Origin: Shigella phage Sf14
Sequence record: MF327003
Length of the DNA: 64,000 nt
Reading direction: 5' to 3' (one strand)
Positions 42,146 to 50,688 of the stretch are shown in pieces (position 1 is the first letter of the stretch; each line of letters starts with the position of its first letter). The notes beneath the pieces are model-generated. The model was given only the letters and a program-made list of their open reading frames with translations. It had not been told where the DNA came from and did not search any database. The translations under genes and the position numbers were made by a program.

Positions 42146-44290
42146 ATGGTTAAAGTACAAATTATTAAGAAAGACGGTTCACTGGAAAAACCAAATGTAA
42201 ATAAAATCGTCGAAGCAGTTACCAAGTCAGCTAATAGAGTTGGCTACAAAGAGTTACCACTAGAAGTTATCCATGCTCTTGAATCAGCCTTTATGAGACT
42301 GCTTGTCAGAGCAACTAATCAGAATGCTATGCTCATCTCTGTAGATGATGTTCACAGTATTGTGGAAGGAACTCTGGCAGAGATAAACCATGAAATCTAC
42401 GAGTCATATTCAACCTACAGAAACTATCGTAAAGAGGTTGCACAGAATTGGGATGAACTTTACCAGAAAACTAAAGACACACTCTTCTTAGGTGACCGTG
42501 AGAATGCTAACTTTGACAGTAGCTTAATCTCTACAAAAGGTTCAATCATCCGTGGGTATCTGACAAAAGAAATATTTAAGCAGTATCACTTGACACCAGA
42601 AGAAGCAAGTGCTATTGAAGATGGATTCATTTATATCCATGACTTAAGAGATTTAATCTTCGGTGGTATTAACTGTTGCTTGTTTGACATTGGAAGTGTC
42701 TTGAAAGGTGGTTTTGAAATGTCCGGCATCGAATACTGTGAACCAAAGTCTGTACTTTCAGCTTTACAGGTTATTGGTGACGTTGTACTCTCAGCAACTG
42801 CACAGCAGTTTGGTGGGTTCACTATCCCAGAGATTGACAAGGTTCTTGTGCCATATGCTAAGAAGTCTTTTGAGTATCATCTGGAAAAAGCAAAGCAGTA
42901 TAATATCACAGGGAGAGGTGGTGCATACCACTATGCTAAAGAACAACTTCAGATTGAGCTAACCCAAGGCTTCCAATCTCTGGAAATGAAACTGAATACA
43001 GTTCCTTGCAGCCGTGGTGACTTTGCATTCACAACCTTAACATTTGGTTTACTCGAACCAGATATGGCTAGTGAAGATAACCGCTTGCAATTTATGATTG
43101 CGAAGACTATTCTTGATGTGAGAATGAATGGTCAAGGTAAATCTAAGAAGCCTGTTGTATTCCCTAAACTGGTTTACATCTATGATGAAACAAGACACAT
43201 GTTAGACCCTTGGCAGGGAACTCTTTATGACAAAGCTATTGAGTGCTGTTCTAAAGCTATGTACCCAGACTTCTTAAGTGTTTCTGGTCATGGTTCTGTT
43301 GCAGAAGCTTTTGAGCGTTCAGGTGCAGTCATCTCTCCAATGGGTTGTAGGGCTTTCTTATCTCCATATCATGATGAAGATGGTAAAGAGTTCTACACAG
43401 GGCGAGCAAACATTGGTGCAGTATCTCTCAATCTGCCAATGATTTACAAGTATTCTGAAGAGAATGGTTTAGACTTCTGGACAGAACTTGACAAGTATCT
43501 TGAGATGATTAGAAGCTTCCATAAAAAGCGTTATGAGATGATTGCTAATATGCCAGCAAGTTCTAACCCTCTGGCATTCACACAAGGTGGTTTGTATAAA
43601 GGTCATAAGAAGCCAACTGACAAGATTGGTTGGGATACTGTGAAGTCTTTTACAGCCTCTTTCGGTGTCACTGCATTGGATGAGTTGACAGTCCTTGCAC
43701 AAGGTAAGAGATTACATGAGTCAGACGGTGATATTGCAAGTAAGGTTTTAAACTACCTTAATGGCAAACTGGAGCAGTTTAAACAGGAAGATGGTTTCTT
43801 GTATGCCCTCTATGGTACACCTGCTGAGAGCCTTTGTGGTACGCAATTGAAGCAGTTTAGAAACATGTTTGGAGTTGTTAAAGGTGTATCTGATAAAGAA
43901 TACTTTACAAACAGCTTCCACATGAATGTTGGTGCAGATATTACACCATTTGAAAAGCAAGACTTAGAAGAACCTTTCTTCCATGCTTGTAATGGTGGTC
44001 ATATCCAGTACGTTCGTATTGCTAATCCAGAGAATCATAAAGCTATTAGGGCTTGTGTGACAAGAGGTATGGGTAAAGGTTTCTATCAAGGTGTTAACTT
44101 TGACTTGGCAATCTGTGAGAATTGTGGTCACCGTCCAAGTGCAGATGTTGAGTTGTGTCCTAAGTGTAACTCACATGATATCTCTGTGATTAACCGTGTT
44201 TGTGGATACCTTGGCTGGACTAAGATTAAAGGTACTTCCAGAATGAACGATGCAAAAATTGCTGAGATTCAGGATAGAAAATCTATGTAA
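42146..44290 (+). CDS. nrdD: anaerobic ribonucleoside-triphosphate reductase (class III)
   Basis: C-terminal glycyl-radical motif RVCGYLG preceded by Cys4 zinc site (CENCGH...CPKCN); start moved to ATG 42146 (GGAG RBS) because track start 42056 precedes a terminator. Confidence 0.85.
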   Translation: MVKVQIIKKDGSLEKPNVNKIVEAVTKSANRVGYKELPLEVIHALESAFMRLLVRATNQNAMLISVDDVHSIVEGTLAEINHEIYESYSTYRNYRKEVAQNWDELYQKTKDTLFLGDRENANFDSSLISTKGSIIRGYLTKEIFKQYHLTPEEASAIEDGFIYIHDLRDLIFGGINCCLFDIGSVLKGGFEMSGIEYCEPKSVLSALQVIGDVVLSATAQQFGGFTIPEIDKVLVPYAKKSFEYHLEKAKQYNITGRGGAYHYAKEQLQIELTQGFQSLEMKLNTVPCSRGDFAFTTLTFGLLEPDMASEDNRLQFMIAKTILDVRMNGQGKSKKPVVFPKLVYIYDETRHMLDPWQGTLYDKAIECCSKAMYPDFLSVSGHGSVAEAFERSGAVISPMGCRAFLSPYHDEDGKEFYTGRANIGAVSLNLPMIYKYSEENGLDFWTELDKYLEMIRSFHKKRYEMIANMPASSNPLAFTQGGLYKGHKKPTDKIGWDTVKSFTASFGVTALDELTVLAQGKRLHESDGDIASKVLNYLNGKLEQFKQEDGFLYALYGTPAESLCGTQLKQFRNMFGVVKGVSDKEYFTNSFHMNVGADITPFEKQDLEEPFFHACNGGHIQYVRIANPENHKAIRACVTRGMGKGFYQGVNFDLAICENCGHRPSADVELCPKCNSHDISVINRVCGYLGWTKIKGTSRMNDAKIAEIQDRKSM

Positions 44291-44300
44291 GTAGTTGACA

Positions 44301-44340
44301 AGGTGGTGTAGGTCTTGATAGGCTTACATCACCTTTTTTA
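44301..44340 (+). terminator. intrinsic terminator after nrdD
   Basis: AGGTGGTGTA...TACATCACCT stem (one mismatch) followed by TTTTTT. Confidence 0.55.
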
Positions 44341-44359
44341 TTGAGTATGGAATTAACGT

Positions 44360-44617
44360 ATGAGCTATGATTTTTGGCCTAAATTTTGGTTATGGTTTCT
44401 TGGGATTGCATTAGTAATTCTGGTAGGTTTTGCTGTGTATGACAGTTACCACACTAAGCTTTGGATGACTGCAAACCATTGTCAGCAAACGTCACAGAGT
44501 AGAAATTACCTATACTATATGACAGTCATATCAGGCAACACTACAATCATCGTCCCACAAATCGGGACAGAGTACCTGTATGTTTGTGATAACAATCAAA
44601 CAATATGGTGGTATTGA
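44360..44617 (+). CDS. small membrane protein
   Basis: 85 aa with N-terminal TM helix (FWLWFLGIALVILVGFAVY). Confidence 0.3.
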   Translation: MSYDFWPKFWLWFLGIALVILVGFAVYDSYHTKLWMTANHCQQTSQSRNYLYYMTVISGNTTIIVPQIGTEYLYVCDNNQTIWWY

Positions 44618-44713
44618 TGATGATTAAAACATTCTTGTTAGTCACCTTAGTAGGCTCTGTCTTACTAGGTTTCTTGTTAGGGCTTTTATACAACACATTG
44701 AAAGGAAAGAGAA

Positions 44714-45106
44714 ATGACTAAATTAAATAAAAATCAAATGAACTGGCTTAAAGACTATGCTTTAGAGTGTGGCTCTTGTGAGAAAACTCACAGAAAATAC
44801 TCAGAGTTTTACATAGCATGTACCCTTTTAATAACTGATTCTGTTATTGATGATGCAACGGATGATGACATTGAACTCCCTACGGAGTTGAGTGATAAAG
44901 TCTTAGTAGTAACTGGAACATGGTCAGATTCATATGGTACAGAAATTGGTGACATGTCTTTCTACAGTATTCAGCAAACAATGAACCCTAAGTACGTTGC
45001 TTTGATGACTCGTGCTCAGGAAGATGAACTGCTTCAGGAATTTATTAAAGAGCACTGTGAAGAGTACGTCACAAAACATGTAAGTTTTGAAGTTGAGGTG
45101 TGCTAA
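44714..45106 (+). CDS. hypothetical acidic protein
   Basis: 130 aa, AAAGGAAAGAG RBS. Confidence 0.3.
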   Translation: MTKLNKNQMNWLKDYALECGSCEKTHRKYSEFYIACTLLITDSVIDDATDDDIELPTELSDKVLVVTGTWSDSYGTEIGDMSFYSIQQTMNPKYVALMTRAQEDELLQEFIKEHCEEYVTKHVSFEVEVC

Positions 45107-45591
45107 TGAACTACATGGAAATACGAAAATTTGATACAGCGAACGGTGAAGGTGCTCGTGTCAGTCTTTTTGTAGCTGGCTGCAAGCATCACTGTGAAGG
45201 TTGCTTTAACAAAGAGTCTTGGAAGTTTAATGCTGGTAAAGAGTTTACTTATGCAAACCTTTATGGCATTATGCAGATAATGAATGATGATGGAATTAGT
45301 GGTCTATCTATCCTTGGTGGAGAACCACTTGATGATAGAAATGTTCAGACAGTAACAAATATCTGTAAGCGGATTAAAACCGTATACCCAGACAAGTCTA
45401 TCTGGTTATGGACAGGTTACCAGCTACATGAAAAAATTAACTTAGAAGTGATGAAATATGTTGACGTGGTAATAGATGGTAAGTATGATGCTTCTAAACC
45501 GACACACAAACCATATCGTGGGTCTGACAATCAAATACTTTGGAGAAAAGAATATGGCTGGCAAGGTGACTGTCAATGGAGAGCAGAATAG
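45106..45591 (+). CDS. nrdG: anaerobic ribonucleotide reductase activating protein (radical SAM)
   Basis: CKHHCEGC cluster (CxxxCxxC); adjacent to nrdD; start at ATG 45106 (track ORF begins at GTG 45100). Confidence 0.75.
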   Translation: MNYMEIRKFDTANGEGARVSLFVAGCKHHCEGCFNKESWKFNAGKEFTYANLYGIMQIMNDDGISGLSILGGEPLDDRNVQTVTNICKRIKTVYPDKSIWLWTGYQLHEKINLEVMKYVDVVIDGKYDASKPTHKPYRGSDNQILWRKEYGWQGDCQWRAE

Positions 45592-45874
45592 AGCGGGTTT
45601 TCGAAGAGGTGAGATTATGACCATCTCTTGTAATAGCTCACTGTTTGGAGAGTATAAGGTTAACCCTAACACTCTTGAAGATTGGCAGAAGTATACAAAG
45701 AGCCTTTTTGATACAACTGGATTAGACGCTTTAAAAAAGCTTGCAGAAGTTGAAGTTTTCAGAGTAAAATATAAGTCACACATGTCAAACTTCTACGCAA
45801 CAAATATTGTTGAAGATGACAAAGTAATTTCCGTAACAGAAGAAGAACTGAAACAGTTCTGTATTAAACTTTAA
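45554..45874 (+). CDS. hypothetical protein
   Basis: ATG 45554 with GGAGAAAAG RBS; 106 aa. Confidence 0.3.
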   Translation: MAGKVTVNGEQNRAGFRRGEIMTISCNSSLFGEYKVNPNTLEDWQKYTKSLFDTTGLDALKKLAEVEVFRVKYKSHMSNFYATNIVEDDKVISVTEEELKQFCIKL

Positions 45875-45889
45875 TAGAGAGATATTAAA

Positions 45890-46147
45890 ATGGGAATTTT
45901 TTCAAACATGAAAGCAGGTTTCTTAGCAGCTCTGGCAAAAGCAGCAGCTATCGTTTCAATGACTGGTAAGCAGGTTGGAGTGGACGCTTCAGCAGTTGCA
46001 CAGGTTCTTGCAAGCCATATTGAACAGCAACCTTACATCCATGTTGGACGTGGTAAAGGTGGCAAGAAGCAAGCTCATCGCCAAACTGGTGCAGCAGCAA
46101 TTAAACGTGCAGCTAAAAAAGCTCGCAACCGTAAACGTAGCAAGTAA
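45890..46147 (+). CDS. small basic protein
   Basis: 85 aa, Lys/Arg-rich C-terminus. Confidence 0.3.
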   Translation: MGIFSNMKAGFLAALAKAAAIVSMTGKQVGVDASAVAQVLASHIEQQPYIHVGRGKGGKKQAHRQTGAAAIKRAAKKARNRKRSK

Positions 46148-46158
46148 GGATTACTAAA

Positions 46159-46470
46159 ATGGAAAAGATTTATAACACTCGTAAAATTCAGATTGCAATC
46201 CTGTGCCAGTTTATGGCTGATAAACACAATTCACACTATTGTGGTACAGGTTTCCTTATGCAAGGTAGTGGCTACATTAGTTTCAAAGAAGCTGTGAAGA
46301 TGTATAATGAGCACCCTGAAGATGACAAAGAGTTGAAACAACTGAAGCTTACTTATGACAAGAAGCGTAAGAAAATTGTATGCTTGAACAACCTTATCAA
46401 GCCAACTGAAAACGTTTATGATTCAATTGGTGAAGAAGGTTTCTTAAAAGTCTTGAAAATAGCTCAGTAA
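46159..46470 (+). CDS. hypothetical protein
   Basis: 103 aa ORF followed by terminator. Confidence 0.3.
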   Translation: MEKIYNTRKIQIAILCQFMADKHNSHYCGTGFLMQGSGYISFKEAVKMYNEHPEDDKELKQLKLTYDKKRKKIVCLNNLIKPTENVYDSIGEEGFLKVLKIAQ

Positions 46471-46482
46471 ACGTATATGATT

Positions 46483-46510
46483 AGGGAACTGTAAAAGGTT
46501 CCCTTTTTAT
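46483..46510 (+). terminator. intrinsic terminator
   Basis: AGGGAAC...GTTCCCT stem followed by TTTTTATTTT. Confidence 0.7.
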
Positions 46511-46522
46511 TTTGGAGAAATC

Positions 46523-47038
46523 ATGTACCATTCAAATCTGAAACGTGCTGCTGCAATGTCTGTTCTTCGTCTTGATTTTGATGAGCGTCAAGAGTTCATC
46601 GAGTCACATCAGTATGACCCTTCAAATTCTAATCACATGGTGCTTTGGAATCGTGGTAAGTTCCGTGATAGTGCCTTGTTCCAGTACTACCCTCATTACA
46701 CTATTGACAACCTCTATGAATACTGCGTTGTCAAGAACACTATTGCAACCCTTAATAAGCTTTGTAGATATTCTGGAAAGAAAGCTTTCACATTAGGCCA
46801 CCATAAGCCCGTGACAAAAGGTGGAGAGCACCATTGCTCGAACTGGTTTATCCAGACTCAAGAAGATAACCAGAAGCAGGGAGAGAAGCTTCCAGAAGCC
46901 CCTAAGATGACTTGGGAGGAACAGAAAGCATATCTCAAAAATAATATGCCACCAATGCTTGACAGGGAATATGCAGTTCTGGCAATATCACTCTTGTTGA
47001 AGCTTGAGACAGTTTATGAGGCAACTTATCATGGCTAG
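46523..47038 (+). CDS. HNH endonuclease-like protein
   Basis: GHHKPVTKGGEHHCSNW...N resembles HNH core (HH...GG...N). Confidence 0.4.
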   Translation: MYHSNLKRAAAMSVLRLDFDERQEFIESHQYDPSNSNHMVLWNRGKFRDSALFQYYPHYTIDNLYEYCVVKNTIATLNKLCRYSGKKAFTLGHHKPVTKGGEHHCSNWFIQTQEDNQKQGEKLPEAPKMTWEEQKAYLKNNMPPMLDREYAVLAISLLLKLETVYEATYHG

Positions 47039-47309
47039 AGAACAATGGGATATCAAAGAGCTTATTAGCGAAGCTGGAAATGGTAGTGAGATGTATATGA
47101 TACGTGGTCACGTCCCAGATGCACTTGCTATTGAGATGATAGACCACTACTCCAACGGATTCTATAAAGAGTTTGGAGAGCCAAATATTGAACGTACTTG
47201 GACAAAACCAGTACCAGACGGAACAGGAAACTGTTCAGTTATCTACCACATTGTAGACCCAAAGAAATGTAAATCAGCTATGGCTGTAACATTTGTAACT
47301 TTTGACTGA
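47031..47309 (+). CDS. hypothetical protein
   Basis: ATG 47031 overlapping upstream stop; 92 aa. Confidence 0.3.
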   Translation: MAREQWDIKELISEAGNGSEMYMIRGHVPDALAIEMIDHYSNGFYKEFGEPNIERTWTKPVPDGTGNCSVIYHIVDPKKCKSAMAVTFVTFD

Positions 47310-47319
47310 GAGAAATATT

Positions 47320-48201
47320 ATGAAAACTACTATTCGAGTTCTACTTAATTCAAATTCCAAAGGTTCTCATCAAGAGGCCTTCAACATTATCCAGTTCCCT
47401 TCTGGTGAGATTGGTGGTAACTTCTCAGAAGACTTAGTAGACTTTGCTGAACATGCTGCTGGTAAGATTGAAAACGTAATCTTCACAGTACAAGGTTATG
47501 ACAAAGACACACTCTTTGCATTGGCTATGGCTAAAGAGGCTATTGACCGTTTGATTCCTCAGAAAGCAACCATGAAAACTGTTCTTTTTGGATTCTTACC
47601 AAATGCTCGCTATGACCGTCACATGTTTAAAGGCGATTCAGCAGCATTAAAAGTCTTTGCAAATTTGGTAAATGCTATGGAGTTTGATGCAGTATGTGCT
47701 TTAGATACTCACAGCAACGTAGCAGAGAACTTGTTTAAGTGCTTCTATAACCTACCTCAGAAAGAGGCAGCAGTACACTTTGCAAGTGACCCACGTATTG
47801 ATTTCTTAGTGGCTCCAGATGCAGGTGCAGCTAAGAAGACTGAAGAGGCTGCTAAAGAGGTTGACAAGCCGTATATCACAATGGCTAAGGTTCGTAACCT
47901 GAAAACTGGTGAAATCACTGGTATGCGAATCCTTGATGATGTAGACTTAACTGGTAAAACTGTCATGATTCTTGATGATATCTGTGATGGTGGACGTACA
48001 TTTGTAGAGGCTGCAAAGTATCTCCGTGAAGCTGGTGCAAGCCGTGTAGAACTCTATGTAACTCATGGGATTTTCTCGAAAGGTGTTGAAAACCTTCTTG
48101 ACAATGGTATCGACCATATCTACACTACAGACTCACTAGGAAGTGCTAGTTCCCGTGGTCTGAGTCAGTTCTCGCAAGTAACTGTAGCAAACATTGAGTA
48201 A
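47320..48201 (+). CDS. ribose-phosphate pyrophosphokinase-like (PRPP synthetase family) protein
   Basis: PRPP-binding motif MILDDICDGGRT; ATG 47320 with GAGAG RBS. Confidence 0.7.
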   Translation: MKTTIRVLLNSNSKGSHQEAFNIIQFPSGEIGGNFSEDLVDFAEHAAGKIENVIFTVQGYDKDTLFALAMAKEAIDRLIPQKATMKTVLFGFLPNARYDRHMFKGDSAALKVFANLVNAMEFDAVCALDTHSNVAENLFKCFYNLPQKEAAVHFASDPRIDFLVAPDAGAAKKTEEAAKEVDKPYITMAKVRNLKTGEITGMRILDDVDLTGKTVMILDDICDGGRTFVEAAKYLREAGASRVELYVTHGIFSKGVENLLDNGIDHIYTTDSLGSASSRGLSQFSQVTVANIE

Positions 48202-48212
48202 TAAACTTTGAA

Positions 48213-48228
48213 GGGGCTGAAAAGCCCC
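48213..48228 (+). other. GC hairpin GGGGCTGAAAAGCCCC between prs-like and nampt-like genes
   Basis: Identical 16-mer recurs at 53075-53090; no T-run; sits within a promoter-like context (TTGAAG...TATTGA). Confidence 0.45.
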
Positions 48229-48249
48229 ACTATTGAGAGAGATAAAATT

Positions 48250-50076
48250 ATGTCTAAATCAGTTTATGCAGTACCAGCAGGTCTTAATGCCGATGCCTAC
48301 AAAGCTGGCCACATCTACCAGTACCCAAGTGCTACACAGTATCTTATGCTGAACCTTACACCTCGTGGTGATAAGTGGTTTAACACACCACTTGATATTG
48401 ATGGTGTAGTTGCTTTTGGTATTCAACGTTTCGTTAAAGATTACTTAGTAGACCACTGGAATACTACCTTCTTTGAACGAGATAAGAAAGAAGCTGTTGA
48501 CGAAATCTTAGAAATCATGAACGGTGTTCTCGGTGCAGATGCAATTGGTCGTGAGCATTGGGAAGAACTTCACGATTTAGGTTATCTGCCAGTTGAAGTT
48601 TACTCTGTCGAAGAAGGTACAGTGGTTCCGATGCGTGTACCAATGATTATCTTCAAGAACACTGTAGAAGGGTTCCATTGGGTAGCTGGATATCTGGAAG
48701 ATGCTTTCTCTGCTGAGATTTGGAAAGCTTCTACCATTGCAACTATCGCACTACACTACAAACGTATCTGTAAGCAATGGTCTGGCGTAACCTGTGACAA
48801 TGACTTCCACTTACCTTGGCAGTGTCATGACTTTGCAATGCGTGGTATGTCAGGCTTTACAGATGATGCTTTTAACGCTGTAGGTCACCTGACAAGCTTT
48901 AAAGGTACTGATAGCTTCCCTGCTGTCTACACTGCGAAACGTGCTTATGGTCAGTTCATGACAGTAAGTGATATCGGGAACTCCGTACCAGCTACTGAAC
49001 ACTCTGTAATGTGTGCAAACATTTCATGGAATATGAAAGACTTGTCAGAAGAAAATATTCATTCACAGTACATCATGCAGTCTGATGGTTTACTTGATGC
49101 AAAACGTTGGCGTGGCGAGGTTAAAACCTTTGAGCATTTACTGGTAGACGTCTACCCAACTGGTCTTGCAAGTGTTGTATCAGATACTTACAACTTCTGG
49201 CGTACTGTTACACAGATTCTGCCAGAGCTACGTAATGTAATCCTGAATCGTGATGGTAAGTTGGTAATCCGTCCAGACTCTGGAGACCCTGTTCACATTG
49301 TCACAGGTTACAAAGCCATTGAATGGGAAACTGCTAAGTCAATGTTCTATAAGCACATGAAAGAGCTTGCACCGAACAATACACATCTACATGACACAAT
49401 CTTGAATTGTGAAATGTCTGATATTGGCTTTGGATTCTCTGCTTGGCTAATCTCTGAAGGTTATGAGATGGTTGTTGATAAAGAAGATTTTGAATCTGCT
49501 GATACAATCAACCTTATTACTGCTCAGAAGACTGGACAGTTTACTGTGAAGCGTATGCTGACAGCAGAAATTGACGGAGCTATCCACACGCTGTATAACA
49601 TCTTTGGTGGCACTGTTAACTCCAAAGGGTACAAAGTATTGGATGAGCACATTGGGCTAATCTACGGTGATTCTATCACTCTGGAAAGGGCTAATGAGAT
49701 TCTGTCACGTCTTGCTGATAAAGGTTTTGCAAGTTCTAACGTAGTGTTTGGTGTAGGCTCATATACCTATCAGTACCTGACTCGTGACACCTTTGCATTT
49801 GCTGTTAAAGCAACTCTTGCACAGATGGATGGTCAAGAAATTATGCTGGCTAAAGACCCTAAAACTGACAGTGGTCTTAAGAAGTCTGCTTTTGGTGGAG
49901 TTGTCCCTATGTGGGATGGTGACAAGCTAGTAGCTGTAGATGGTTTTGGCTTTGCAGAGTTTGAAGGTGCAATTGACAATTGTCATAGTGCTTTGAAACT
50001 GGTATTTAGTAACTCGCAACCTTATGGTTACGTTAACCTGCGTGATGTTCGAAATACTATTGACAAGCAACTTTAA
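48250..50076 (+). CDS. nadV: nicotinamide phosphoribosyltransferase-like (Nampt/NadV family) protein
   Basis: 609 aa; size and sequence character of Nampt family; adjacent to Prs-like gene. Confidence 0.7.
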   Translation: MSKSVYAVPAGLNADAYKAGHIYQYPSATQYLMLNLTPRGDKWFNTPLDIDGVVAFGIQRFVKDYLVDHWNTTFFERDKKEAVDEILEIMNGVLGADAIGREHWEELHDLGYLPVEVYSVEEGTVVPMRVPMIIFKNTVEGFHWVAGYLEDAFSAEIWKASTIATIALHYKRICKQWSGVTCDNDFHLPWQCHDFAMRGMSGFTDDAFNAVGHLTSFKGTDSFPAVYTAKRAYGQFMTVSDIGNSVPATEHSVMCANISWNMKDLSEENIHSQYIMQSDGLLDAKRWRGEVKTFEHLLVDVYPTGLASVVSDTYNFWRTVTQILPELRNVILNRDGKLVIRPDSGDPVHIVTGYKAIEWETAKSMFYKHMKELAPNNTHLHDTILNCEMSDIGFGFSAWLISEGYEMVVDKEDFESADTINLITAQKTGQFTVKRMLTAEIDGAIHTLYNIFGGTVNSKGYKVLDEHIGLIYGDSITLERANEILSRLADKGFASSNVVFGVGSYTYQYLTRDTFAFAVKATLAQMDGQEIMLAKDPKTDSGLKKSAFGGVVPMWDGDKLVAVDGFGFAEFEGAIDNCHSALKLVFSNSQPYGYVNLRDVRNTIDKQL

Positions 50077-50090
50077 AACAGTATGATAAG

Positions 50091-50112
50091 AGGCTCCTAC
50101 GGGAGCCTTTTT
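50091..50112 (+). terminator. intrinsic terminator
   Basis: AGGCTCC-TAC-GGGAGCCT followed by TTTTTAATTT; near-identical to arms of terminator at 19193. Confidence 0.7.
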
Positions 50113-50129
50113 AATTTGTGGAGATTACT

Positions 50130-50465
50130 ATGAAAATTAAACAGATGAATGTTAATTTAATCATTGAAGAACGTTGGGAAAACATCAAGCGCCATGAAGA
50201 TGGTCATAAGTTTATCAATGAACTGTTTCAAGCAGCACAATCAGAGTTAGCTTCTGAGATTTATACAACGGTTACTTTGAAGGTTTATATCAAAGGTCTT
50301 CCACAGAACCATCAAGAAGCTCTTGATTTGTTTCAAGAAGAATTTTACAATCCAAACAAAAAGATACTTGAGAATAGTTTTGCAGTATCTTCGAGTATTG
50401 TCCATGACAGGAGTTTTGTCCTATTCAGAACTATAGGAGACAAGGTATGCAAGGTTATTGGTTAG
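50130..50465 (+). CDS. hypothetical protein
   Basis: ATG 50130 with GGAG RBS (track ORF begins at GTG 50118). Confidence 0.3.
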   Translation: MKIKQMNVNLIIEERWENIKRHEDGHKFINELFQAAQSELASEIYTTVTLKVYIKGLPQNHQEALDLFQEEFYNPNKKILENSFAVSSSIVHDRSFVLFRTIGDKVCKVIG

Positions 50466-50626
50466 AAATTGTTCTTTCACTCGGTTGTATAGTTGCTATT
50501 GCAGTGTTACTATGCAAGTACTTCTCAGAGACTGAACCTTGTGATGAATGTGAAGGTTCTGGGGTAGTTGGTATAGGGCATTGTTGCCCTTACTGTAATG
50601 GAACTGGAAAGAAATTTAAAAAGTAA
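50447..50626 (+). CDS. small membrane-anchored zinc-ribbon protein (59 aa, below ORF-track cutoff)
   Basis: AGGAGA RBS 6 nt upstream; N-terminal TM helix; two CxxCxGxG motifs (CDECEGSG, CPYCNGTG); read manually. Confidence 0.4.
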   Translation: MQGYWLEIVLSLGCIVAIAVLLCKYFSETEPCDECEGSGVVGIGHCCPYCNGTGKKFKK

Positions 50627-50627
50627 C

Positions 50628-50655
50628 TTGACAGTGGCATCTATAAAATTATATA
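50628..50655 (+). promoter_or_regulatory. sigma70-like promoter TTGACA-16-TATATA upstream of rIIA-like gene
   Basis: TTGACA 50628-50633, TATATA 50650-50655, then AAGGAG RBS. Confidence 0.5.
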
Positions 50656-50688
50656 GTTTGCCACATCGACAACTAAGGAGATATTCTT

